The notes: generated from the sequence alone by a model not told the origin. A stretch of DNA of 64,000 nucleotides from Octopus vulgaris (GCA_951406725.2 OX597832.1:7068001-7132000), one strand, 5' to 3'. Counted from the first letter of the stretch, positions 28,591 through 42,305 are shown. Made by a program: numbers and translations.

Positions 28591-30365
28591 AGTTTTGTTT
28601 TCAAGACACCTATATCTATACCAAGCATGTCTCTCAGGCATTTTGGAAGGATAATGAAGAGCTGTTGACCCTTGAAACCCAAGCTGTTGCAGTATCTAAT
28701 CTGATAATTTGATGGTAATGTTGAGGACTTTGGCACTATGCAGTGGCGCCTCGTTCTGCTGTTTGTGTAACTTTCAATGCTAAATTTTAGTACAAGTCCT
28801 TCCAGGATCTTCTAGATGTATATCACTGCATATTTTCCCCGCCTTCGTTCTAGGCAGTACAGTCTTAACTTTTGCAGCTTTCCCAGTAGCTGATACGTAG
28901 AATCGAGACGATTTTCTTTGTAACTTCACTGGATTGCTTCATACTGTGTGGTGATTATAGTTGGAAGCAATAGTCTAAGCGGCTGTGGACATATGTTTTC
29001 TCGTTCTGAGAGTTCGGAGTATCCATTCAGCTAGCTGTCTGCATTTTATTGCCAAATTACTGGAAAGATGCATCATTACTTATGCCAATGCGCAGGTCAC
29101 GCACTTATTTTGATTCAGGGACTGCAATTCCTCTTGGACCAGTGTATCCTGTCTGCATTTCGTTCAAGTTTGTGTTGGTAACGTCGGGTTTGGAATATTT
29201 CAGCATTAAACTACATTTTATTGTCCTCAACTAACCTGTATATTGAGTCCAACTCCCGTTGCACATGCAAAATATTTCCAGGGTTCTGATTCCTCTGAGA
29301 AACTTTGTGTCGTCTGCATAGCTAGCAAGGGTGGCTTTTTGAGCAGTTGAGGGCATGTCTGAGAGAGCCACTATAGCAGTGGCCGTAAGTCAGTGCCCCG
29401 TGTGACGCCTATGTTAGTATTAGTGGTGGCCATCCTGTATCTGCTGCTGTGGTAGCCTTGTGTGTTGGTGGGGGTGGTTCTAAGTCTGTGCTTGATATAA
29501 CCAAGTCAGCTGCTGCACAATCTTTTGTGCTATTCCCAGCTGCTGCTCTTTTCATATCTGGGTGAGGCTGGCTGTTTGTTGAGGCACGCATTACGTCAGC
29601 ATATCGTGTTTGAGGAGTAGACAGTGTATATTTTTTTTTGTTGCATTTCTTTTTGTCCTCTTCCTGGAAAGGAGTACTGTTTTAGGTCTATGCAGTTTAG
29701 GCAGGACTTCTGATGAGCAAAACGACAGTTTGCACCATCATTACCGTACTAGCAGTTCCCATGCAGGTAAAAATCCACATACTTTTCCTTATACTTTTGC
29801 ACCTACTATTTCTGTTTTTGAGGTGGGGGCGGTTTTCTGTTTTGCTCCAAAGTTTTTTGTCTTTTTTTCCCTTTTCCTTTTCTTTTACTCCTCGAACTTT
29901 CTTGTTTCTGAGAGCTTTTGTTCTGTCAGTTATACGTTTTTGTTCCTTCCTTTTTCAACCTTCTCAACACTTTGGTTGTCTACCGTGGTTGGGTCAGAGC
30001 CAGTGTCAGTGTTTCCTTCGTTTGCAGGCCTCTCAGTCGTGGCTTTGGTTTTGTTCTTTGCAGGGACTGTTGGGCCCTGGAAGATTTTCTGTTCCTTTCT
30101 CTTTGTCAGTCCTTCTTAACATTATTGCTGAAATCTGTTCCCAGAATGGTGTCAAATGTGTCGCTGTGCTGTTTAAAGAGGGCATAGGAACGTAAAAATT
30201 CGAGTTTCTTCTGCTCTATCTGGGCTATTTCTCTTTAGTACCGCTACAATGATGTTGTTAGGGAGATCTCCATCGGCAATTTCCAGGCTCACAGAAATAA
30301 CTGCAATGCCTTGGTTGTCCAATTTCGCAACATCATTGGAGTATACACCTAGAGTGAGAGCTGGG
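28590..30365 (-). mobile_element. Internally deleted CR1/L2-type LINE: RT part (28590-29405) and ORF1-like part with a CCCH zinc-finger remnant (~29715-29785)
   Basis: LASYADDTKF, LERRR..YAVIYI and YCNSLGFKGQQLF motifs; upstream VCGFYLHGNC*YGNDGANCRFAH. Confidence 0.7.
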
Positions 30366-31185
30366 TACAGAGAGAGAGAGAGACCGACAGACAGAGAAAG
30401 AGAGGGGAGAGAGGGAGAGGGGGGAGAGAGAGGAAACAGTAAGGAAATGGGGATTATATAAGTATTAACGTGCAGATATGCATATGTGTGCATATCTAGA
30501 CAGACATAAACTTTGTAGGAAAAGAGGGGCAAAGAGAAGAGAGGCAAGTGGAAGAGAAAAGACAAAGAGAGGAGGAGAGACCAAGAGAGAGAGGAGAATA
30601 GAAACACACACAGGCACACACGCATACACACATGTACATATGTATATATCCATACATATATGCACACATGTACCTATGAACGTACGTATGCGTGCTTGTG
30701 AATATATCTATAATTATATTGCTTTTTATGGATACATTCATATGCGTGTGCATACGTATACATACTCCCCCTCCTAAACACGCATTCACTCATAGAATAG
30801 ATAGATAGACAGATAAATAGACGGTGAGAAGGTAGAGCGACAGACAGACAGACAGATCAGTATAATGTATGTAGATAGATTCAAGGACACAGCGATGAGT
30901 ATCAACTCAACACCAGATAAGTTATGATAAAGACAAGATAATCGGCAGGAAAAGAGGTAATAGTAAAATGTTTTCCATAACTTTGCTATGTGTCTGGCTG
31001 GATAAAAACAAAGTAGAATGGAATCCTCCACTCTTATACTACTTACTTAGCCACAGCAGTCTTTACGCGTGTGATATTTCATCGACAAAACCTAAACAAA
31101 CCTGATTAAGCCATTTCCTGTATTTGATGTTTTTAACAAGTTGCAGTCTTCGAGACCGTAAATTCTCAAAGAAAAAAAAAAAGAA

Positions 31186-31590
31186 GGCGCAGGAGTGGCT
31201 GTGTGGCAAGTAGCTTGCTTTCCAACCACATGGTTCCGGGTTCAGTCCCACTGCGTTGCATCTCGGGCAAGTGTCTTCTGCTATAGCCCCGGGCCGACCA
31301 ATGCCTTGTGAGTGGATTTGGTTGAAGGAAAAATGAAAGAAGCCTGTCGTATATATGTATATATTTATATGTATGTGTGTGTGTTTGTGTGTCTGGGTTT
31401 GTCCCCCTAGCATTACTTGACAACCGATGCTGGTGTGTTTACGTCCCCGTCACTTAGCGGTTCGGCAAAAAGCGACCGATAGAATAAGTACTGGGCTTAC
31501 AAAGAATAAGTCCCGGGGTCGATTTGCTCGACTAAAGGCGGTGCTTCAGCTTGGCCGCAGTCAAAATGACTGAAACAAGTAAAAAGAAAA
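31186..31590 (+). mobile_element. tRNA-derived SINE family 1 (other copies 40312-40697 +, 47297-47468 +, 51730-51925 +, 52320-52711 -, 53224-53820 +, 56429-56853 +, 8186-8380 -, 12240-12868 -, 27600-27975 -, 54030-54350 -)
   Basis: A box TGGCTGTGTGG, B box GGTTCAGTCCC, internal (TA)/(TG) tract, 3' GCGGTGCTCCAGCATGGCCGCAGTCAAATGACTGAAACAAGTAAAAGAG; many near-identical copies. Confidence 0.92.
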
Positions 31591-31936
31591 TAAAAAATAA
31601 AACGAAAAGAAAAAGAAAGGTGCAGTCAATGAATTTAACGTCTTTCTATTTTTATTTTCAAGTCGTGTTTGCGGAAATCACGTCTTGAGTAGGATTTGAT
31701 ATTTTGACGTCGGTTAATTTTCCCTTAAATTACATATAGGTGGATCGAATTAGATAAGATAAACAGAGTATACTGGTCGTAATATATGATATATTTAAAC
31801 AAGAGACCACTTTATTTTTAGTTACTTCGATCTATTTGGGGGTTTTCAAATTATTTTTTTACAGGGGCTTATCTTCGTACTTCCTAACACGCCAGCGCCA
31901 TCTTGTTTATACATGTATGTGTGTGCATTTGTATAA

Positions 31937-31985
<49 letters not shown>

Positions 31986-32468
31986 TGTGTGTGTGTGTGC
32001 GTAAATATTATGCATAGGCGCAAGCCTGACTGTGGTACGAGGAGAGGTTGTAATAAAGGCTGCGTGTGGAGCCAGAATGTTTGTTGATGTGTATCTGGAT
32101 TTTTGTGCGAATATCGTCTTTTCCAATTAATTGGGTGGCTTTGTTTTTAGACGTAGCATCGAACGATTGCCTGCGTAGGAATAGCATCATCTCAGATGTG
32201 GAAACAATACTACTCCATTGTCAGTCTTCCTTAAGCTTTGTGGATTATCAGCAAGTGCCTAGTGATGAAATATTTTCTGTCTCATTCCGGAAACGAGAGT
32301 CTGCATGAAGCGGTTCTAACTATATATATATATATATATATATAGCAAAATTAAGGAACGGCCATAATAGGCCGTTCAACTCACTAGAAATAGCAGCCAA
32401 GGCTTCAACCGCAAAAAAATATTAATTCCGTAAACAAGGAGAAAATTTAAAAAACATTTACCCTGTTA

Positions 32469-32573
32469 TACTTTATACAATGCATCGTTTCATCTATTTT
32501 TTAATGGTAAATCAGCCTGATTAAATTAAATCAAACTAATCCTCCATAGGCCAACAGATTCATCAGTAAAGTA
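32469..32573 (-). ncRNA. Type I hammerhead ribozyme motif (inverted twin of 33043-33147)
   Basis: Reverse complement of the plus-strand motif. Confidence 0.75.
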
Positions 32574-33042
32574 AGCCAGACGGGAGAGATATTTTCACGA
32601 GGCAGCACCACTACTGTCTCGGCTATATCTGACCTAAAATTTTCAAATCATCGTACTCGCGCCAAATTTATCGGCAGCAAATATAAGCTGCCGATTCCAT
32701 TACGGAATTAAACAGAAAATTTATAATTTATAATTGGCTGCTATTTCTAGTGAGTTGAACGGCCTATTATGGCCGTTCCTTAATTTTGCTGTTGAATTTA
32801 TTAATAGTCTCTGACTATTTCCTTTTTCCCACTAGACCGCTGGTGGCAAATAATTTCTGCTGAATTTTTTGCTACCCTATATTGATTAATTATAAATTTT
32901 CTGTTTAATTCCGTAATGGAATCGGCAGCTTATATTTGCTGCCGATAAATTTGGCGCGAGTACGATGATTTGAAAATTTTAGGTTAGATATAGCCGAGAC
33001 AGTAGTGGTGCTGCCTCGTGAAAATATCTCTCTCGTCTAGCT

Positions 33043-33147
33043 TACTTTACTGATGAATCTGTTGGCCTATGGAGGATTAGTTTGATTTAATTTAATCAGG
33101 CTGATTTACCATTAAAAAATAGATGAAACGATGCATTGTATAAAGTA
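33043..33147 (+). ncRNA. Type I hammerhead ribozyme motif
   Basis: TACTTTA-CTGATGA-ATCT...AGAT-GAAA-CGATGCATTG-TA-TAAAGTA: 7-bp stem I, intact core, stem II and stem III; predicted cleavage after 33140. Confidence 0.78.
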
Positions 33148-33322
33148 TAACAGGGTAAATGTTTTTTAAATGTTCTCCTTGTTTACGGAATTAATATTTT
33201 TTTGCGGTTGAAGCCTTGGCGGACCACTTTATGCCGCCAGCAGGCGTCATCGTGTCACGTCGTACTGTCACGTGGTGCGTCTTTGTTTTACAGTGCTTCT
33301 TCCCAGTTCGTCGACTTTTGCG

Positions 33323-34865
33323 ATGGCTGAAACAAATGAACAGCGTACTTCTGTGAAATTCTGTTTTCTGCTGAGGAAAACGGCAGACAAAACAGTTGTT
33401 ATGCTTCAGACAGCTTACAAGGATGCTGCCATGAGCAAAACGCAAGTTTACGAGCGGTTTTCACGCTTTAGGAATGGTCACTTGTCACTTGAAGATCAAT
33501 CTCGTTCAGGGTGATCGTCGACCTCCCGAACAAATGAAAACATCATGAAGACATCATGAACTGAGTTTGGAGGATTGTCACCGAATAATTGATGAACTTG
33601 TTGATATGACTGGTGTGTCCTGGAGCTCCTACCAACGAATTTTGAGTGAGGAATTGCGAATGAAAAGAGTTGCAACAAAATTTACACCTCGTTTGCTCTC
33701 AGAAGATCAAAAGCATTCACGATCGAATGCATGTCGTGAAATGAAAGAAGAGTTGGAAGCTGATACGGACCTTTTTTTCGAAGGTCATCATTGGTGACAA
33801 AAGGTGGTGATACGGCTACGACCCGAAAACGAAGCAGCAATCAAGTCAATGGAAGCATTCGATGTCACTACACCCCCAAAATGCGTGTTGTAGTGAACTT
33901 CATGCAGGCATGGTGTGGATTCGATCGTCGATCGCCAAATTTCACTTAACAGCTCAACAACACTTTTCCCACTGAGAAAACAATGGTTGACGCAAGTTAC
34001 ATTTAGCATATGGCTTTGCTAAGCCGATTTGTCTTTGCCGATTGACCCTTCTAACCTCTTCTATTTCACCAAAAGCTAGAATTGAATTAACAGATCCACA
34101 ACGAAATCTATTGTTCTCAACAATATGTCTATCCTTCTGGCTGGTTTTGCATAGTTATAAATACAGTTAGTGAACCGAGGGACTAGAGTCATGGCCACAA
34201 GCAGGCAGCCACTAAAGACACACGGTGAGAGGGAGAAAGAAGGTTACAATCAGCCAAGTATTCCTTCGACTTTATAACTTTCACTAGCTCAATTTCTTTT
34301 CTCTTAAAACATTATTCTATCACTATCTATGGTTTACTACTGCAATAAGAACGTGTACACACATACAGGCCGAAATTAACTTTCTTAATCTCACATGCTC
34401 TTTCAGTTATATCACACCAACCCGTCGAGGCATGGCATTATATTAAGGAACGGTGAATAAATATTTCTTTACAACTTCGATCACTGTTCTTCGTTCATCT
34501 TGAACATCTGCAACAACCTAACCCATTACAATTAGTAACTGCTGACACCGACATATGTCACAATACAAACCGTTACACTGGTGACCACTGACTCTACCTT
34601 AACAATACCGTTACAGTGTCAAGTGAAGTCCAATGTCAAAACGATGCTGATTTGTTCCATCGATACGAAAGGAATTGTCAACACAGAATTTGTTCCTCTT
34701 GGTCAAGTTGTTAACATAACATTTTACTTGGCCGTTATGAAACATTTGCAAGACGCAGTGAAACGAGAATTCCCCGACCTGTAGAAAAGTGGAGAGTGGT
34801 GGTTTAATCACGACAATGCGCCCGCGTACATCGCCTTCGGTGCGAGATAGTTTTTGGCTAAAAAA
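33323..34865 (+). pseudogene. Degraded mariner transposase split by a solo LTR
   Basis: EQRTSVKFCFLL..., RSG*SST, YDPKTKQQSSQWK, QVKSNVKTMLIC and HDNAPAY motifs; stops and frameshifts; insertion at 33889-34615. Confidence 0.9.
33889..34615. mobile_element. Solo LTR (TG...CA, 4-bp TSD GTGT)
   Basis: TGTAG...TTACA flanked by GTGT; removal rejoins the mariner sequence; same family as 39774-40865 in opposite orientation. Confidence 0.85.
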
Positions 34866-35067
34866 CTTCTTTCCATTAACATCTCAAATATAAGATTTCT
34901 CCTCTGAAGACGGCGGCCCATCTCATCCTGGAGTCAATCTGCAAAAATAATTTTGGACCACCGGGCCCCCAGAAACAGCTGTTGGACTTGTAGTACTTTT
35001 CTTCAACCCCTTTAATTCTCTATATCATTTGTATTCTGTGTAAGTCGAACCCTTTTTATACGTATTC

Positions 35068-35310
35068 ATACAGGGGTTGGACAAAATAATGGAAACACAT
35101 AGCATCATAATTTTGAAATATTTTAAAAACCGTTAAAAGCATGTTTATTTTTATGCTTTTTGATTTATTATTAGTGTTGCTTAATATGTTTTGTTAAATA
35201 TGTATGTTTAAAGAAAGCTAAAATATGAATATTTACTGTACAAACAACTTAAATTTTTGAAATCACATTCAGTTAAAAAAATTTCTAAATGATTAAAATA
35301 TTGTGTACGT
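35068..35310 (+). mobile_element. Tc1-like non-autonomous element end
   Basis: TA-CAGGGGTTGGACAAAATAATGGAAAC resembles a Tc1 TIR; internal part recurs at 36705-36885. Confidence 0.5.
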
Positions 35311-35770
35311 CAAAAAGTCGACGTCTTTTATTCTTAGAGAGTGCGAAGACTATGTGTGTGTATATAAATTAGCTGCTGAAATTTACTAACTGCAAAGTTA
35401 TTTCCGGCCTCAGCGCGCCAAAGTGAAGACATTTGAAAAATACACCCAAATATAATTTGTAGAACTATATACATGCTCTATTTCGGTTGAGCGTTTTGTA
35501 TCTAGTTCTGGAAAATGTGTTTTGTAAGCGACAGACTACGCTGATGATCTTGCAGATATTTGCGTATTTACATGCGTAAATATTAACAAGTGAAATTATG
35601 GTACGTAGGTGATCGTTTTTTATTTCGTATATTTTCATTTGTCTTGCTCATTTTTACATTTTGGCGTTTTGTTGAGAATTTCTTGAAAACACACTCTTCG
35701 TGGAAATGGCGTTTTGACGTCTATGTTTAGCCTATTAGGTGTCCACTTTAGTGGTCATTCATCTTAATTT

Positions 35771-35819
<49 letters not shown>

Positions 35820-36327
35820 TATTATTTAACTGAACGCAATGCATCCATTTCCATGTATATATATATATATATATACTAGATTACCCATGACCCGTTGGGT
35901 CACCGGGAAACTCTGAGTTTCTCACCAATGGAATTTTGCTTCGTGTTTTTTCTATGTTATTTCGCATGCTTTCAGCGAATGTGACATTGAAATCACGTGT
36001 AAACGGCTCCTTTCCCCAGAAATGGAAATATTTCACTGCTATTTCTTGCACTCCCTGCTACCACGTAACAGGTATTTCGGGTTCTTTATCGCAAATAGCT
36101 GTTACGTAGAAGCAGGGCGTGCTAGAAATAGCAGCCAAATCTTTGCAGGTGAGATACTTTGAATGCATTCGGAAAAAACCTATGGAAAAAAAAAACTATT
36201 TCACGCCGAGGTTACGAACGGGTTTTTTATGAAATATTTACCGTATTTTTAAAGTAATTTCCACTTTAAAATATTTGTTAAATATGCCAAATTTTTTTTA
36301 GTGGTATTTACTTGAAAATAATTTAAA

Positions 36328-36704
36328 ACAAGAGCACTCAGAGAGCACAAACCTCCGCCAAGGCAACACCAGCATGCTCTCAACAATTACCCAGAGATGG
36401 TTTTTAAAAGGAGAATAACTGAAATAAACTCGATTGCCCTCACAAACGAGAATACTAAAAATGAACCCGACCGCTCTCAAAAATTAATTGAAAAAAAACA
36501 GGAAAAATAATCCAGAATCCTTGTCCAGTACCAGATCGATCCCAAAATCTAATCATTTCGAGCCAGTCACAAGACCAAACATACCTGAAAGTTTCATCCG
36601 AATCCATCAAGCGGTTCTTAAGATATCTTGTCCACGGACAAACAAACAAACATACAAACACAACTGAAAACAATACCTCCGCCTTCGCTAAGGCGGAGGT
36701 AAAA
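36328..36704 (-). mobile_element. Complete HINE-like (Helentron non-autonomous) element
   Basis: Minus strand TTTTACCTCCGCC...CCTTGGCGGAGGT followed by GTGCTCTCTGAGTGC hairpin. Confidence 0.7.
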
Positions 36705-37210
36705 ACATTGAAATATTGTCTGTTTAAAGAAAGCTAAAATATAAACACCTACTTTATGAACAACTTACATTGAAATATTGTCTGTTTAAAGAAAGCTAAA
36801 ATATAAACACCTACTTTATGAACAACTTACATTTTTGAAATCACATTCTCTTAAGAATATATCTAAATGATTAATATACTGTGTTTAACAGAAGCGAAAA
36901 TAGAAACATTTACTGTAAAAAAAATCGTATTTTTTCGTTGTCAAGTCACAGTGTCTAATCGAAAGATTAGAGTTTCTATTCAGGATTAAGATTATTTTCG
37001 GACTATTTTCCCATTATGCACCATTTTGGATATTTATACCCCCGAAAACCTCTATTATCCCCCAAACCACTTGTTCGATTTACGCGAAGCTTGTTTTATT
37101 CTGTTCGTATTCACATTTCAGGGTAAACTTAATTCATAGCATTTTCCCATTAGGTGCCAGTTTGGCTGGGTAACATTGCAAGCAAGCAAGATTCAAGCTG
37201 ACTTTTAATG

Positions 37211-37245
<35 letters not shown>

Positions 37246-37262
37246 ACGCACACACATACACG

Positions 37263-37294
<32 letters not shown>

Positions 37295-39773
37295 TTTATG
37301 TATGTGTGTGTTTCTTTGTGCCTGTGTTCGTCCTCCCTCTAACGCTTGACAACTGATCTTAGTGTGTTTACCGTAAATTAGCGGTTTGGCAAAAGGGAAC
37401 GATAGAATAAGTAATAGCTTAGAGAGAATAAGTCCTGGAGTATTTTCTTCGACTAGAAACCCCTTTATGGCGGTTATATGGCGGCGCAATATCAGATAAT
37501 CTTAGTTTGAGCATAATACACATCAGTTTCTGAGTTCAATTTTCGAAGTCAAAGATGGCTTTAGTATTCGGGAGTAGTACATACGAGTTATCTGTGTAAC
37601 ATGTAAAAATAATAGTAACATTCACTTTTCAGTAAAACCCAGAAAATAGCGTTTACTTTTAGCGATGAGGTTAATAGTCGAGAAATTATAATCGTAAAAT
37701 ATTTTGCAATTTGACGTAATAGGAGACTATGTTTAAACTATTTACATTTATTTGTTTCTATGACAAAATACAAGAGTTGTACCGAAAGTAATGCAAATAT
37801 GGCCATATATTTTTTTTTATAAGTCGTCGAAATTGCATAATGTCACTTGAGTGATTCTTCTAGTTATTCACTGAAGGCAAATACCAGATTTGGAATAGAT
37901 ACAATGACATTCACAAAAAACTACAGATTCCTTCCTGCGATGACATCATTTACAAGAGTAATGAGCAGAGGTGGTTGAAGAAGTATAAGGAAGAGTAAAC
38001 TAACAATGAAGACTAACCGCTCAATGGGAGTCCGTCAAGTACGACAACTCACACGAATCGCAAGCGAGAGGATGAATTGATTCGTGTAGACAGATGAGTA
38101 AGCATCAAGGAGCTTGCTGTACAATTGGATTGTGGTCACAATGTAGAATATGAGATAGCGGAAGAATTTGCATATTAGAAAACGTGTGCAAAGATCAGCA
38201 CTTCGCCTGATGACATCCGATTTGAAGGAGAAAAGTGTGGATCGATAATTATTTTTCGAAGTTATAGGTTTTGTGATGGAAAGAAAGATATAGGGATTAC
38301 ATAAACTAAGGTGGAACATCTTCTAAGAAAGAAAAATGGGGTTAATTTTATCGTTAACAAATTTACTCAGGCCATTCTCCACTAAAATTAAAGAAAAAGA
38401 CAGAATAAATAAAACAATGAAATGATACAGTTCCGTGCAAAAAGAAGAAAAACATTCTCTTTCTTGATAAATCCCAGCACGAGAAGATATATGAATAAAA
38501 ATAAGAGCTTTGCCTAAATACCAGTCCACCTGAAAAGTATTAGTTCAGAAAAATATAAAGTAGTGACTGCGTGCATATGAGCCGTATTAGTAGGTAGTTG
38601 TATATAAAAACAATGTTAGTTCAATTTTCAGAGTCAAAGATCATTTAAAAAAAAATTAGAATGAATAAATTAGACAATTGTGTTTGTAAAAGAACTCTAT
38701 TTTATATTAAAAACCAAAAAAGTTTATGGTATTTATAAACAAAGCTTGCATTCTTATTAACAATGATAGGAAATAAATAAAAAAAAAGGCTGCTTTTAGT
38801 GCAAAAATATTTACTTTTATCGTTAGCAAAAATATTGTAGTTACTACGAACGACAAAGAAATGATATTTAAACCAAACTAGTCCGAACCTTATATGAGAT
38901 GTTGTTGAAGAGGTGGGATAGTAGTTGCTGTCGTCAGTTTCTTGAAGTTAGCTAGTCATAGTGTATTGCCGTTATCGTCCATTGATTTTTGCGTTGTGAT
39001 CCCGCTGTGATCTGCTTCTCTCTGCTCTGAAGTGACTAAAATGCACTGAATATATAACGCTGCTCTTGGACAGAGTCAGCAAGCCAAAGATGAAATTGCT
39101 GTTAGATCCAGCTCCACAAGAAGTCTTGAATAGTTATGTGTATTGATGACATTGGTAACATTTTATCGAATCGCAATTATGTTCTTTAGGATTTTTCTTT
39201 CTGCTTTACATCCGATATAGTCGTATGAATTCAATTTCAAAGTTTTGTAATTGTCAGATATTTCTGCTACTCATATTATTCCCCATTGGACGGGATGCCG
39301 GTGCGTCGCAAGAATAGTCATTTTTGCCCACTGAATAGACTGGAGCAACTTGAAATGAAATGTTATACTCAAGGCCTGTTTCAGGAATCGAAACCGGTTT
39401 AAGCACCTTATGACAACTCCACGTGACTCCTCTATTTGTAATTTTTAGAAAATTTGTGGGAATTTGTGTCTTATACGGAATTCATTCGATTAAGAAAAAA
39501 CACTTTTTCTAATTTTACGAATTAAATTTTAAAAAAAGTTTTCGATTTTTTCTTTAAAATCAGAGTTTGAAATATTGACAGTCCAAATTTTTTTTTGCTT
39601 AAATCTAGTAATAGACCATGAAATGTTTTTATGGGGAGAAAGATATTGAAAGACATCAAATACCTGAGTGACAAAGAAAGGACGAAGGTATGAGATGGTC
39701 GTGAGATGTGCTAAAAATAACATCAAAATAGCCCTTAAATTAAATATTTTCGGTTTGGGTTTTTGCATAATCG

Positions 39774-40865
39774 TGTAACGGTATTGTTAAAGTGGAGTCA
39801 GTGGTCACCAGTGTAACGGTAATTGTGATGGTAATTGTGGTTGTCGGTTGTTAGCGAGTGTAACGGGTGTTGCTGTTGCAGATGTGCAAGATGAAAGAAG
39901 AACAATGATCAAAGTTGATGTTGACTTTAAATTTATTTATTTTACTGTTACTCAATATAATGCCATGCCTCGAAGGGCAAGGTGTGTATAATAATATAAG
40001 TGTTAAAGCATTCAAGGTTAAGAAAGTTAATTTCTTTTTGTATAAGTATGAGCACATTTGTAATTCTAGCAGTAAGAAAGGTAGAGACAGAGTGATGTTG
40101 TAGAGAAAAGAAGGTGAACTAGTGAAAGTTAGAGAGTCGAGGGAAGTTGTGTCTCATAGAAATTGATTGTATTTTTCCTTGGCCGTTTGTCTCAAAAAAT
40201 GGCTGTCTGTTTGTGGCCATCTCGAGTTGGTCTCTGTTCACTAACTGATCTTGGCTTTCGGAGTTCTAGTATTTATAACTATACAAAACTAGTTAGAAAG
40301 ATAAACATATAGGCGCAGGAGTGGCTGTGTGGTAAGTAGCTTGTTTACCAATCACATAGTTCCGGGTTCAGTCCCACTGCGTGGCACCTTGGGCAAGTGT
40401 CTTCTACTATGTCCCCGGGCCGACCAAAGCCTTGTGAGTGGATTTGGTAGACGGAAACTGAAAAGAAGCCCGTCGTATATATGTATATATATATATGGGT
40501 GTGTGTGTTTCTCCCCCTAGCATTGCTTGACAACCGATGCTGGTGTGTTTATGTCGCCGTTACTTAGCGGTTCGGCAAAAGAGACCGATAGCATAAGTAC
40601 TGGGCTTACAAAAGAATAAGTCCTAGGATCGAGTTGCTCGATTAAAGGCGGTGCTCCAGCATGGCCGCAGTCAAATGACTGAAACAAGTAAAAGAGTATA
40701 TTGCAAAGACAATAGATTTCGTGGGGGTGAGTCTGTCATCTCAATTCTAGAAGAGGTTAGAAGGGTCAATCAACCATTGTTTCCTCTGCAGGAAAAGTGC
40801 TGTTGAAAAGTGAAATTTGGCGATCGAGGATCGAATCCACGGCATGCCTCCATGAAGCCAGTACA
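39774..40865. mobile_element. Solo LTR (TG...CA, 4-bp TSD ATCG) containing a nested SINE (40312-40697)
   Basis: Empty site CATAATCGTATG seen at 22041; both ends match 33889-34615 in reverse. Confidence 0.88.
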
Positions 40866-41074
40866 ATCGTATGAATTCCCGTGTATTGAACAGAAATTCG
40901 CAAAAAGTTTCTGTAAATTCTCCAAATAAAAAAGTTATGAAGGTGCTTAAACCTAAAATATGAGGTGCTTAAACCAGAATTTCGCCTCAAAGCCTAGCCA
41001 CGGAGACATGGTCTTCTACAGATTATTTTGTATTGTTAACATATTTTGGTGCTATTTTTTTGTAAGGTCATGTT

Positions 41075-41184
41075 AAACTGAAAGCACGAGAGGGGAATTC
41101 CATTTGTAAAACTGAAAGCAGAAGGGGAATTCCATTTCTGCTTTAAGTTGCGCAAGGGGAATTCCATTCGTAAAACTGCAAGTA
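41075..41184. promoter_or_regulatory. Tandem NF-kB-site / IRF-element-like array 3 (3 units)
   Basis: GGGGAATTCCA at 41092, 41124 and 41156 with AAACTGAAAGC spacers; lies in a block paralogous to 21890-22950. Confidence 0.6.
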
Positions 41185-41524
41185 TTTTCAAAAGTTGTCT
41201 CCCATTCTTGAGCTAGAGTTGTTTTTCACTGCATAAAATACAGAATGTACATAAAATTATCTTTACAATTTGAGAAAAACAAAAAACAAGAAACAAAAGA
41301 TTGTGTGCAACAAATGGAATCTACACGAAAGTGTTCTGATAATCCTAATAAAAGATAATTTGCTTTGAGTTAGTATTTTTCTTTCTGAAATTTTCAAATA
41401 GTAAAAGTAAGTCATGGACACCCAGTCTTTACGAAGTTGAATAATAAGGGCCTCGACTACCAAGAGAGTTGATTTCTCTGGAAATAAAATATCAATGTAT
41501 CTAATCATTTCAAAATGAAAAGGG

Positions 41525-41965
41525 GGTACGTTTTGGTTATCTCTTCCCCATTAAAAAAAACTGCCATTAAAAATTGGGTTATCACCCCAGTAAAAAATTG
41601 AGTTTATGTGGCGACAAAAGATTGGATTAAAAGAGTACTTTTGATACAGAACTTCAACAAGTTGACGTTTGGCCTTCTCAATAGGCATGGTATAATTTGT
41701 TATAAAAATGTCATCAGATTCATTAAGATGTTTAATTGTTTCAGTTTTCAAGTTTATTAATTTTTTCAGTTTAGAATGATTTGTTATAAAAATATTATGA
41801 GATTCAATACGATGTTTTATCTTTTCACTTTTCATTTTTATTAATTTTTTTCATTTTCTTTTATTGAGGGTTAAACGATTTTATTCGTTGAGAGAAATAA
41901 CCAAAAGTACCGATATTTCTCATAAAACCCAATGTTTTAATGGGGGTGAGATAACCAAAAAGTAC
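41525..41965. mobile_element. MITE with 9-bp TSD (Merlin- or Mutator-like); second copy at 56178-56910
   Basis: TIR GTAC(G)TTTTGGTTATCTC / GAGATAACCAAAAAGTAC; TSD TGAAAAGGG; absent from the paralogous site near 22825. Confidence 0.8.
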
Positions 41966-42121
41966 TGAAAAGGGTTCGAGTGAAATTGAATAACACTTTG
42001 GCACAAACGAAGAAACTATTAGAACAATTAAAAGATAGAAAGAAAATAATTCAGTGATACTGTGCTTTCAATAACTTTTAAATATATCAGACGTACATGG
42101 TAACATTAGGTTACATAGGCT

Positions 42122-42305
<184 letters not shown>

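Larger units (their letters stand above)
32344..33220. mobile_element. Penelope-like nested inverted duplication (a-b-a'-c-b')
   Basis: 32344-32400 is inverted at 32734-32790; 32396-32729 is inverted at 32888-33220; each b arm carries a hammerhead motif. Confidence 0.7.

Noticed and set aside
29715-29785. CCCH zinc finger as a host gene exon
   Set aside because: Contains a stop and is contiguous with a LINE RT relic; better explained as ORF1 debris.
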